NCBI GenBank assembly: GCA_965248445.1
Contig: CBDFJG010000002.1
Span: 608,001-672,000 of the forward strand
From: Planctomycetota bacterium
Lineage (GTDB): Bacteria; Planctomycetota; JAJSAM01; JAJVHW01
Reading direction: 5' to 3'
Length of the DNA stretch: 64,000 nt
The position numbers and the translations under genes were made by a program. The notes beneath the pieces are model-generated. The model ran no database searches, was not told the origin of the DNA, and saw nothing but the letters and a program-made list of their open reading frames with translations. Of the stretch, positions 19,401 through 27,845 are shown one piece after another (positions within the stretch are counted from its first letter, which is position 1; every line of letters starts with the position of its first letter).

Positions 19401-22400
19401 AGTTCGCGATCGACTCCGACAACAACGGCCTCATCGAGGTCGGCCAGGGTGAGTCCTGGCTTCCCATGAGCCGGCCCGGTGCGGGCGTCGAACCGCTCAA
19501 CCGTGGCGCGGGCCTCACGAACGACGGCGGAGCCGACGAGGTCCTCGCTCTCCAGACCTACTCCGGTGCGTTCGACGACCCGCTCTCGCTGGGTGGGTTC
19601 GGCGACCGTCCCGCGGACAAGGGCTGGTTCAACTTCATCTGGGACTCCGTCTACGACATCGGCGCACCGGTGGGCACGTTCTCGGACGTGCGCATCCGCT
19701 GCATCCCGCGAGACAACCTCGCGGCCGCGTTCCCCGATGACGGGCTCATCGCCGAGATGCGCAACACCGCCAGCGAGACGAACATCACGATCATCAGGCA
19801 CCCGGACGCGCTGTGGCTCAGCAGCTTCACACCGGCTGGTGGCAACCTCTCGGCCGTGGCCCCGAACGAACCGCTCCACCTCGACTTCAACGGTCTGGTG
19901 GATCCGGCGTCGGTCGACAGCACGTCCTTGATGGTCACGCGATCGGGCACCCCGATCCTCGGCCAGCGCGTCGTGCAGCAGAACGTGCCGGCAGCGGGCA
20001 TGAGCCGCATCACGTTCTATCCGCAGTTGCAGAACACGGCATTGGACGTCGACCAGTACTTCCAGAACAGCGATCCGACGATCCTGTTCCCGTTCAACAC
20101 CTACGACATCACGATCCCGGGGTACGCGGCCTTCGACGATCTGTCGGGAGGCCTCCCTGCAGGTCAGATCCTGCCGGACGTGAGCGGAGGCTTGCCTCCG
20201 TTCCCGGAGCCGACGTACCTCCTCGTGAACAACGTACCCGGAAGCGCGAGCTTCTCGACGATCTCCGGCCGTTTCCAGGACGGTCAGGTCGCTGACGTCA
20301 TCGCTCGCTCGCCGAGCGACAACGGCACGGTCAACCCCGACGGGACGTTCACGCTGACGTTCGACGCCGGCATCGATGTCGCGACGCTTCTCAACCAGCA
20401 GAACGTTGCCACAAGCAACGTGATCATCACGCTGTCCAACGGCATCAGCACGACGATCCCGGGCAACTGGACGATCGTCAACACCAACCAGCCGGACGGT
20501 TCGATCATCGCAACCGCGACGTTCACTCCGCTCGTCCGCCTGCCGGGCGGACAGGCGTTCACCGTGTCTCTCAGCAGTAGCTTCCTCTCCGCGGGCGGCT
20601 CGCCCCTGGCGGGCGCAGTGACGACATACAACGTCCCGGTCGGCGTGCGGATCTCGCAGTCGATCACCGAGGACTACGACACCCGCGCCAACGAGGACAC
20701 GGCCAACACGCTGGCGGCATGGCAGCGCGACGCTTGCAATCCCAACGTGCTGACCGGCCTCCAGGACGCGAGCACCCCGCCGCAGGGCGGCAACCCGCTC
20801 GTCGTCGCAGCAGGACAGACGCAGACCATCACGACGACCGTGAGTGACTTCTCGAGCATCCGGGTCGAGAAGGGTGGCACGCTCCGACTGCGCGCCAGTA
20901 ACCCCCCGACGATCCGAGCGACCGGCGACATCACGATCGATGGCGTGGTCGACTTCCGCGGCCTGGCCGGCTACTCCGGCACCAACGGCAACACGAGCGA
21001 GGCCGCGCGTAGCTACTACTATGCGTCGCGTGCGCGCGGTACCCGTGACGGCGGCGTGGGCTACAACGGTGCCGACGACGGCGCCGACTCGCGGTCCACA
21101 ACCCTCGCTTACGACGACGGCGACGACGCCACGGGCGCGTTTATCGACGGTGGCGGCAGTGGCGGCGAAGGCGATCGATGGGCCAACTCGACCACCAGCC
21201 TGCCCGGTGGAGGCGGCGGCGCGGGTGGCGGCCACGGCACAGACGGCAACGACGGCGGACGCGAGAGTCCGTACTCGGTGTTCAACGGCTGGGTGCCGGT
21301 CTCGGATGACGAGGCACAAGCTGGCTGGGCGGTCGGTGACGAGGACTTCGCCAACGGCATCTCGACGGGCGGCTCCGGCGGCGCGGGCGCGAGCCAGCGG
21401 TGGAGCGGCAGCTTCTATCACCAGGGTGGCGCGGGCGGCTCAGCCGCCGGCTCCGTGACGATGATCGCCGGCGGCACGTTCAACCTCGGTCCGACCGGCT
21501 ATATCGACGGGCGCGGCGGCGACGGTGGCGGCAGCGCCATGTACGCCGGCTCCGGTGGTGGTGGCGCGGGCGGCGCGTTCTGGCTCAAGGCGGGCATCGG
21601 CGCTGTCCTCGACGGCGTCATTGACCTGCGGGGCGGTCGCGGTGGTCCGAACGGCTACTCGTCGATGAGCACGAACACCCATGACGGCGCCTACACTTCG
21701 GGCCGGGCACCGGGCCACTACGGTGGTGACGGCGGCCTCGGTCGGTTGGTGGTCGACGTCGTCGACGCGGGCAACGCAGCCGCGGTCGACAACGTGCGCG
21801 TCTACGGCCAGATGATGGCTCGCCAGATCACCTCGATCCCGACGACCAGCGTCGGGGCCGGGGCTGCGCACTCCGGTTTCGGACCGGGCAACGCCACGAT
21901 CGCATTCGGCAGCACGGCGGCGGTCCACTACTCGGGCAACCTCGTGCAGGAGGGCATTGACACGCTGACCAGCACCACGCCGACGACGATCTTCGTGGAT
22001 GGCGACATCACCATCAACGGCACGCTGCGGTTGAACGGCGCCAACCCGGTCAACCGTTACTCCGGAAACTCTCAGGACCTCCACTTCAGCGGAAGCAACG
22101 TCGTCAGTACGCCGAGCACGCTCGAGAAGGGCGGCGTAGCCAACATGGGCGGCGCAGCCGGTGCGGACTCGCACCGCGGATCGACGACAAACAACAACAG
22201 CACGATGTGGCGCCGTGCGGGTATGAACGCCGCGGGGGCCCAGGGCGGCAAGAGCCGGTTCATCGGTTCGGCTGCGGGCTACGTGTGGTCCACCTACGGG
22301 TACTACTACACCGGGCAGAACGGCGGCGGCGGCGGCGGTAACGCATCCGACGGCCGTACCGGGTACATGCCGTTGGCCGTCCCGGGCTGCTACGACTGGA

Positions 22401-23467
22401 TCGGAAGGTTCACGGACACGACCGGCAACGGAAAGTCTGGCACGGCTATCGAGGCGGGCCAGTCGGCCGGCGGCACGCGGATCGATCCCGCGGGCATGAG
22501 TGTCTCCAACCTGTCGAACGCGAGCTATCAGCCGGGTGGCGGCGGCGGAGGCAACCTTGGTGGCTACCACTACCGTCCCACGTCCACTAACCGGGCCTAC
22601 TACGGATATGCCGGGTCCGCCGGTTCGTCCGGAGGCATCGTTGCGTTCGTGACACCCGGCACCATCACGGTGAACGGCACGATCGAGGCGAAGGGCGGCA
22701 ACGGCAACCCGCCGGGCGCCCCAGCCCACGTCGGCCAGATCAGTAGCTCTTGGGAGGGGCTCTCGAACTCTGGCGGCGGCGCGGGTGCCGGTGGAACCGT
22801 CCTCCTGACGGGCGACCAGGTGAACATCACCACGGCGACCAGTCAGACCTCCTCGGGGGCGAAGATCGATCTACGCGGCGGCATCGGTGGTGGCTGGCGC
22901 AGCCAGTCCAACACAGATGCATCCGCCCACAGGCGGTACCCGAGCTATGCGTCGTTCGGTAACTTCGGCGGTGACGGCGGCTTCGGGCGCCTGATCGTCG
23001 ATTACAAGACGTCGTTCAACAACGGGAACTTCGTGTTCAACAAGTACGGCCACCAGCAGGACGGCAGCGGGTTCGGCATCCCCGTCGATCTCGACGGCTT
23101 CGGGCGACAGGACCTGTTGGCCGGTACGGCCGTGGCACGGTGTGGTGGAGCCTTCGACGGCAACACCTACCAGTCCGGTTGGATCCGCCTCAACGGCCTG
23201 AACGACGTGGTCACCAACCTCGAGAACCTGATGACCTCGAACGTCACTTCGACGATCGAGGGCCAGGGCGCGCCGTATCAGCCGCACGCTCTCACCGTGG
23301 ATCCCACGGCATCGGGTCTCAGCGCATGGGTCGGACCGGGCTCTCTGAGCACGCTCACGGCCTACGGGTTCGTGCGGTACCGAGGTACGTTCGCGCGTAC
23401 CGGTTCGACGAGTCCTCCACCGGTCATCGGCGAGACGAAGGTCACGTTCGATACCGACGCTCCTTAG
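16454..23467 (+). CDS. Giant secreted modular surface protein (Kelch propeller, Ig-like domains, Ca-binding DxNGNG motifs, Gly-rich repeats)
   Basis: GAGGAGG RBS; signal peptide; Kelch repeats (DGRVLVIGG, GDVAVFGG, TVLVTGG, HVLFSGG, DGSVLIAGG, GRTMFVGG); DFNGLVDPASV Ig-like motif; GGGGAGG repeats. Confidence 0.88.
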   Translation: MTHQGNNRQVLWVTLSLAATLGLMVPGADALAGRRAKRQVAQVGKLQTPAGLQGTRGAGDNVVFPFSLTHRNRRLYDVEAEYGWDVNGDVVINDGVLLPGLPVEYFPMTEDRRDERNTRRNKGKQLYRSAGGIGAGHSFVWRSSADIGTANFPTLQFQFTPDGRPVPDPDNPGSFLFAETLPGVSARFTATRKKGKKGVSRSDTVYLRNSFPANNNTVPLLTIDAVLPNTTSVPTASDEIIEILWTAYDDDSEDLNGNGVLDTQELEDKNGNGILDNEFVKIAMDYYRLQASDPDPQTMTDDELAALLWLPCTPAVGVGDPVTGAASAPPDLDPNTGAILGGGIQHTYAWDSKTDVGTVHADFLLRARPNDAKLELGERDYLRTAFTIDNWKIFNTAGPLSSLPGGAVGMAVVNNTPNLLYSDILLTTPSQSFTVFGGAAIEDGAGSNLIGVGIVNTETAETTALSMVTSFGTLSTPRSYLTATELDDGRVLVIGGYSGGGSALATTEIWNPVTRTIASGPSLNVARAKHSAVLLGSGDVAVFGGLDGTGGPLDSVEIARFSPEGAPQIATTLLSGANSTLTVAQHSPAAVLLPDLTVLVTGGINSAGNAVQSAQILDPQNDENRDGLGLEITKDPILVVVGGMNQARKSGAATPLVQGHVLFSGGSAPATDTLEIFNYETRTFQTVNTTMPDGGRAQHSAVRMGDGSVLIAGGTTDPDNHTIVGGADIFVLGAQVGNTWDASWLPVNGDMVTPRRGAAGVAINNGRTMFVGGMSSLGTSIVEIETFTPENGTNFRPNTRTDLTSDQQSWAFGARIVFRATDAEGDLVRVVTQWSIDGGDNWRAATRKPQTISNHLATPLAGLTTALVDVQTAAISPAIFPVSDRPTIWDMARDISRPPPGGTDGPYIFRNVPYGAVRGDAAQSGPVTVLFNAQVIPTIIPLENPTTGVQNVNQGGDISIWVHLRDIDGAIPGNGDDAEATMQFAIDSDNNGLIEVGQGESWLPMSRPGAGVEPLNRGAGLTNDGGADEVLALQTYSGAFDDPLSLGGFGDRPADKGWFNFIWDSVYDIGAPVGTFSDVRIRCIPRDNLAAAFPDDGLIAEMRNTASETNITIIRHPDALWLSSFTPAGGNLSAVAPNEPLHLDFNGLVDPASVDSTSLMVTRSGTPILGQRVVQQNVPAAGMSRITFYPQLQNTALDVDQYFQNSDPTILFPFNTYDITIPGYAAFDDLSGGLPAGQILPDVSGGLPPFPEPTYLLVNNVPGSASFSTISGRFQDGQVADVIARSPSDNGTVNPDGTFTLTFDAGIDVATLLNQQNVATSNVIITLSNGISTTIPGNWTIVNTNQPDGSIIATATFTPLVRLPGGQAFTVSLSSSFLSAGGSPLAGAVTTYNVPVGVRISQSITEDYDTRANEDTANTLAAWQRDACNPNVLTGLQDASTPPQGGNPLVVAAGQTQTITTTVSDFSSIRVEKGGTLRLRASNPPTIRATGDITIDGVVDFRGLAGYSGTNGNTSEAARSYYYASRARGTRDGGVGYNGADDGADSRSTTLAYDDGDDATGAFIDGGGSGGEGDRWANSTTSLPGGGGGAGGGHGTDGNDGGRESPYSVFNGWVPVSDDEAQAGWAVGDEDFANGISTGGSGGAGASQRWSGSFYHQGGAGGSAAGSVTMIAGGTFNLGPTGYIDGRGGDGGGSAMYAGSGGGGAGGAFWLKAGIGAVLDGVIDLRGGRGGPNGYSSMSTNTHDGAYTSGRAPGHYGGDGGLGRLVVDVVDAGNAAAVDNVRVYGQMMARQITSIPTTSVGAGAAHSGFGPGNATIAFGSTAAVHYSGNLVQEGIDTLTSTTPTTIFVDGDITINGTLRLNGANPVNRYSGNSQDLHFSGSNVVSTPSTLEKGGVANMGGAAGADSHRGSTTNNNSTMWRRAGMNAAGAQGGKSRFIGSAAGYVWSTYGYYYTGQNGGGGGGNASDGRTGYMPLAVPGCYDWIGRFTDTTGNGKSGTAIEAGQSAGGTRIDPAGMSVSNLSNASYQPGGGGGGNLGGYHYRPTSTNRAYYGYAGSAGSSGGIVAFVTPGTITVNGTIEAKGGNGNPPGAPAHVGQISSSWEGLSNSGGGAGAGGTVLLTGDQVNITTATSQTSSGAKIDLRGGIGGGWRSQSNTDASAHRRYPSYASFGNFGGDGGFGRLIVDYKTSFNNGNFVFNKYGHQQDGSGFGIPVDLDGFGRQDLLAGTAVARCGGAFDGNTYQSGWIRLNGLNDVVTNLENLMTSNVTSTIEGQGAPYQPHALTVDPTASGLSAWVGPGSLSTLTAYGFVRYRGTFARTGSTSPPPVIGETKVTFDTDAP

Positions 23468-23476
23468 ACACACATC

Positions 23477-23507
23477 CGACCGCCGCGGGCTCTGCCCGCG
23501 GCGGTCG
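23477..23507 (+). terminator. Strong stem-loop downstream of the giant gene
   Basis: Perfect 14-bp stem CGACCGCCGCGGGC-TCT-GCCCGCGGCGGTCG; no clear U tract. Confidence 0.55.
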
Positions 23508-23660
23508 CGCGAGCATGAGGCCGTCTGGACGTACGTCCGGGCGGCCTCTTCTCTTTCGGGGCTCCTTGTCGGGCTCCCGGTCGCGCGGACACCCTGTCCG
23601 CTCCCGCCTCGCCCCGTGACAGTGTGTGCGTCGTCCGGCCGGGTCCTTAAGCTCGCGCAG

Positions 23661-24470
23661 GTGACTCCGCCGCGCGTCCTGACGATCGCCGGATCCGACC
23701 CCAGCGGGGGGGCCGGTCTGCAGGCGGACGTGAAGACGTTCCAGGCGCTGGGCTGCTACGGCATGGCGGTCGTGACCGCGCTGACGGCGCAGGACACGAC
23801 GGGAGTGCACGCCGTGCACCTCCCCGGCGGTGCGTTCGTGAGAGCGCAACTCGACGCGGTGCTGGGCGACTGCCCGCCCGCGGCCGTCAAGACCGGCATG
23901 CTTCCCACGGCGGACGTTGTGCGGACAGTTGCAGACGCGCTCCGCGAACTCGCCGCGGTGCGACTCGTCGTCGATCCGGTGCTCGTCGCGACCAGTGGAG
24001 ATTCGCTCGCGGACGAGAACGTCGTCGGTGCCCTGCGCGAGTTCCTTGTTCCGATGGCCGACATCGTGACGCCCAATGCGTACGAAGCGCGCGCCCTGAC
24101 CGGGGTCCGTGTCACGGATCCCGCCTCCGGACGCGTCGCTGCGTCTGCGCTGGTGGAACTCGGTGCGCGGGCGGCGGTCGTCACCGGTGGCGATGTCCGG
24201 GGTGACACCGTGTACGACGTGCTCGTCACCCGAGACCCGAGCGGCATGACGGAACGCGTGGCCCCGCGCATCGGGGCAGGCCCCACGCATGGCACTGGCT
24301 GCACGTTCGCCGCCGCGCTGGTAGCGCGGCTCGCACACGGCGCGTCCGTCCGCGACGCGTTCATCGCCGCACACGCGTTCGTCCGCACCGGGCTCGAGTC
24401 GGCGTTCGCGGTGGGGCGTGGCGCCGTCCCCGTCAACCATCTGGCTGCCCGCACGGAGGATCGGACGTGA
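23661..24470 (+). CDS. thiD: Hydroxymethylpyrimidine/phosphomethylpyrimidine kinase
   Basis: LTIAGSDPSGGAGLQAD, VKTGML, TPN, THGTGCT. Confidence 0.95.
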   Translation: MTPPRVLTIAGSDPSGGAGLQADVKTFQALGCYGMAVVTALTAQDTTGVHAVHLPGGAFVRAQLDAVLGDCPPAAVKTGMLPTADVVRTVADALRELAAVRLVVDPVLVATSGDSLADENVVGALREFLVPMADIVTPNAYEARALTGVRVTDPASGRVAASALVELGARAAVVTGGDVRGDTVYDVLVTRDPSGMTERVAPRIGAGPTHGTGCTFAAALVARLAHGASVRDAFIAAHAFVRTGLESAFAVGRGAVPVNHLAARTEDRT

Positions 24471-25363
24471 GCGTGCCGTCGATTGCAGTCGTCGGAACGG
24501 GGCCGGTGGCACGGGCCATCGCACGCGGTCACTCCGACTGTGGTGGGCGCGTCGTCGCCGTGATCTCGCGGGACGCAGAACGCGCGCGCGCCGTGGCCGT
24601 CGGCGCGCGTTCGGAACGGGGGACGACGGACCTCGCAGCGGCGCTCACGGCGGACGTCGTGATCGTGGCCGTGAGGGACCGCGCCGTGCCGGCCGTGGGC
24701 GACCGCCTGGCGGCGCTGGACCGCGCCGGCGATTGCGTCATCCTCCACACGAGCGGTGCGCTCTCGGGCTCGGACCTCGGTGACGAACCCCTCCGCATCG
24801 GGTCGCTGCACCCGTTGCAGTCGTTCACCGAGCAGCCCGGCGCTGAGGATCCCGACGCCGCCCTGGCTGCGCGACTCGCCGGTGTGCACTGGTTCCACGA
24901 GGGCGCGGGTCGCGACGAAGCGCGTGCGCTCGTCGATGCGTGGGGAGGCGTGTTCCACGCACTCCAACCGGGGGGCAAGGCGCTCTATCACGCCGGTGCG
25001 GCGATCCTGTCGAACCACACCATCGCCCTGGCGCACGCAGCGACCCGTCTGTTCACACTGGCCGGAGTGCCGCCTGCGGATGCCGCACCACCGCTGGCGC
25101 GTCTGCTGACAGGGACCGCGCGGAACGTCGCGGAGATCGGGCTGCCCGGGGCGCTCACCGGCCCCGTCTCCCGCGGGGACGTGGCGACAGTCCACTTACA
25201 CTTGAAGGCGTTGCGGGACCACGCCCCGGAGTTGCTGCCGTCCTACGTCGAGATGGCGCGACTGGCCATCGAGGTAGCGGTGCAGCAGGGCGGCGTGGAC
25301 GCGGAGCGCGAGGTGGCGCTGCGCGCGGTGCTCGACGACGTCTCGCGCTCCGAGACGCTCTGA
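24467..25363 (+). CDS. Rossmann-like plus DUF2520 domain oxidoreductase
   Basis: VVGTGPVA, HTSGA, SLHPLQSF, YHAGA, LTGPVSRGD. Confidence 0.88.
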   Translation: MSVPSIAVVGTGPVARAIARGHSDCGGRVVAVISRDAERARAVAVGARSERGTTDLAAALTADVVIVAVRDRAVPAVGDRLAALDRAGDCVILHTSGALSGSDLGDEPLRIGSLHPLQSFTEQPGAEDPDAALAARLAGVHWFHEGAGRDEARALVDAWGGVFHALQPGGKALYHAGAAILSNHTIALAHAATRLFTLAGVPPADAAPPLARLLTGTARNVAEIGLPGALTGPVSRGDVATVHLHLKALRDHAPELLPSYVEMARLAIEVAVQQGGVDAEREVALRAVLDDVSRSETL

Positions 25364-25395
25364 CCGGCAGACCGGTGGCGGTCGCCATGCGGTGT

Positions 25396-25449
25396 CGGGG
25401 CGGGTGGAACCCCGGAGTCTCAGTAGGGGCGGGGTTCCACTCCCGCCCG
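25396..25449. repeat. GTAG-type REP-like element (second locus)
   Basis: GTAGGGGCGGGGTTCCACTCCCGCCCG at 25423-25449 plus a partial inverted copy at 25396-25413, between convergent genes. Confidence 0.65.
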
Positions 25450-25457
25450 CGGACTCG

Positions 25458-26900
25458 CTACACGGACACGTCGCCGCGCTCGGTGTCGAGTGCGTCACGA
25501 TGCTGGTGCAGGATCGGGTCCAGTTCGTCGGCCAGGAACTCGTCCACCTGCTGCGGTGACCGGCCGACGAAACGCTCGGGCGTGATCATCCCCGGGATCT
25601 CGTCCTTGACCGCAGCGAACGCGGGATCGTCCACGAGGCGCGCCAGCAGGTCGTTCTCCGCACCCTCTTCCTTCACGCGCCTCGCTGCTGCGTGGGCGTG
25701 CGTCCGGATGCGCTCGTGCAGGTCCTGACGGTCGCCGCCTGCGGCGACGGCCATCATCAAGATGTCCTCGGTGGCCATGGCGGGCAGTTCGCGCACCAGT
25801 TCACGCCGCAGCGCCGCGGGGAACACGGTCATCCCGCGGGCCACGTTCTCCATCAGCACGAGCACGGCATCGGTGGCGAGGAACGCCTCGGGGATCGCGA
25901 TCCGCTTCGCCGCGCTGTCGTCGAGCGTCCGCTCGAACCACTGTTCGGCAGCGGTGTTCGCCGGCACCGACTGGAGCGCCATGACCAGGCGCGCGAGCGA
26001 CGTGAGCCGTTCGGAGCGCATGGGGTTCTTCTTGTAGGCCATCGCGGAGGAGCCGATCTGCGACGCCGTCCACGGCTCCTCGACGCAGCCCAGTCCCATC
26101 AGGATGCGAACGTCGTTGCCGAACTTGTGCGCCGACTGCGCGATGCCCGAGAGGAGCCCGAGCGCCTGCGCGTCGAGCTTGCGGGGCGGAGTCTGGCCGG
26201 TGACGGTGAACAGGCGCTCGAAGCCCATCGCGCGGGTGACGTGCGCGTCGAGCTGCTTGACCTTCTCGTGATCCCCGTCGAACAGGGTCAGGAACGCCGC
26301 CTGCGTTCCCGTCGTTCCCTTGACACCGAGGAACCGCAGTCCCTGCCGGCGCCATTCGCACTCCTCGAGGTCGAGCAACAGGTCCTGCGCCCACAGGCAC
26401 ACCCGCCGTCCGAACGTCGTCGGCTGTGCCGGCTGGAAGTGCGTGTACGACAGACAGGGCACGTCTCGTGTGCGCGCGGCCAGGTCGCGGAGGGCCGCGA
26501 GCACCGCCACGATCCGCGCGCGCACGAGTCCGTACGCCTCGCGGAGGAGCACGAGATCGGTGTTGTCGACGACGTAGGCGCTGGTGGCGCCCAGGTGGAT
26601 GATGGGTGCCGCGGCGGGGCACTGCAGACCGTATGCGTGCACGTGGGCCATGACGTCGTGCCGAACCTCGCGCTCGCGGGCCTCGGCCGTCTCGTAGTCG
26701 ATGTCGTCGAGATGGGCCTCGAGCTCGGCGATCTGCCCGGCGGTCACTCCCAGCCCGAGTTCGTGCTGTCCCTGCGCGAGCGCGAGCCAGAGCCGCCTCC
26801 ACGTCCCGAACTTCCGGTCCGGGCTGAACAGCCGGAGCATCGGACCGCTGGCGTAGCGGGTCGAGAGCGGGTTGACGTAGGTGTCGCGCGGTCCGGACAT
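25458..26900 (-). CDS. purB: Adenylosuccinate lyase
   Basis: NPLSTRYAS, RHDVMAH, HLGATS, GSSAMAYKKNP signature. Confidence 0.96.
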   Translation of the reverse strand: MSGPRDTYVNPLSTRYASGPMLRLFSPDRKFGTWRRLWLALAQGQHELGLGVTAGQIAELEAHLDDIDYETAEAREREVRHDVMAHVHAYGLQCPAAAPIIHLGATSAYVVDNTDLVLLREAYGLVRARIVAVLAALRDLAARTRDVPCLSYTHFQPAQPTTFGRRVCLWAQDLLLDLEECEWRRQGLRFLGVKGTTGTQAAFLTLFDGDHEKVKQLDAHVTRAMGFERLFTVTGQTPPRKLDAQALGLLSGIAQSAHKFGNDVRILMGLGCVEEPWTASQIGSSAMAYKKNPMRSERLTSLARLVMALQSVPANTAAEQWFERTLDDSAAKRIAIPEAFLATDAVLVLMENVARGMTVFPAALRRELVRELPAMATEDILMMAVAAGGDRQDLHERIRTHAHAAARRVKEEGAENDLLARLVDDPAFAAVKDEIPGMITPERFVGRSPQQVDEFLADELDPILHQHRDALDTERGDVSV

Positions 26901-27040
26901 CGAGTTCTCATTCTCGCGTCCTCCGGGTCGCCGCGCCCGGAAAGCAGGATGGCCCCCGGGCTGCGTGCCCAGGGGCCGAGTTGCGATCCCATCAGGAATT
27001 GGTTACCGCTTCTCTACGGGCGGCATGTCCCGCGGATGGG

Positions 27041-27643
27041 CTAGTGGCCGCAGCTCCAACGGGCCGCGACGTATCGCTTGACGCGGCGCTGTTCGATGCG
27101 GCGGGGGACCCACTTGCGGATCACCCTTGCCGGACGGACCAGCACGCGCAGGTAGCCGCCGCGATAGCTGTCCCACCGGACTTCGTAGCGCGCTGCGACG
27201 CGGCGCTCGGTCCAGTAACCGGGGATCACGACATCCTTGATGCGGATCTCGTAGTGGCCCGCCTCATAGTGGCAGCGCTGCGTGTGGCGGTGGGCGCGGA
27301 CGCGCACGCCGAACTGCAGCCCGCCGTGCCGGGAGCCGGCGCTGAAGGAGTACCCGGGACCGCGGTAGTAGCGGTCCCCGCGATACGAGTGGCGGCTCCG
27401 ATCAGAGTGGCTGCTCCGGTCCGAATGGCCTCCGCGATATGTGTGGTTGGAGCGCACGTCGTGGCGCGTGCTGACGCGGGCTGTGACCCCGCGGCTGGTC
27501 GAATGCAGGGCGCGGCCCTCGGTGTCGCCGGCCAGGGCGGCCCCGGCGGTGAGTCCGAGGATCGCGACGGCGGCGAGGAGGGTCCTCTTGAGGGTTCCCC
27601 GGTGGGACGTGTTGGCGTGGGGGGACGTGTTGGCGTGGGACAT
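27041..27643 (-). CDS. Hypothetical secreted Arg/His/Ser/Tyr-rich protein
   Basis: GAGAGG RBS; signal peptide ending AALA; 18-bp internal repeats (HANTS x2, HSDR). Confidence 0.7.
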   Translation of the reverse strand: MSHANTSPHANTSHRGTLKRTLLAAVAILGLTAGAALAGDTEGRALHSTSRGVTARVSTRHDVRSNHTYRGGHSDRSSHSDRSRHSYRGDRYYRGPGYSFSAGSRHGGLQFGVRVRAHRHTQRCHYEAGHYEIRIKDVVIPGYWTERRVAARYEVRWDSYRGGYLRVLVRPARVIRKWVPRRIEQRRVKRYVAARWSCGH

Positions 27644-27703
27644 GTGTACCTCTCTCGTTTTCGATCGCCTCGGCGTGCCACCGCCGGGGTCTGCACGTGA
27701 TGT

Positions 27704-27719
27704 CGCACGGACCGTGCCG
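27704..27719 (-). promoter_or_regulatory. Putative sigma-54 promoter or palindromic operator
   Basis: Minus strand CGGCACGGTCCGTGCG has GG-N10-GC spacing about 60 bp above the ATG at 27643; the core GCACGGACCGTGC is palindromic. Confidence 0.4.
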
Positions 27720-27845
27720 GACGCTGGGGGGCGCTCTCAGGCTCGAGAGAGCCCTTCCGGGGACACCCACAGCCTCCTGGGGAGGCCAGGGGTGCGGGGG
27801 GCACGGAGGCCAGAGGCGCGGGGGTGGTGGCCTGAGGGGGCGTGG

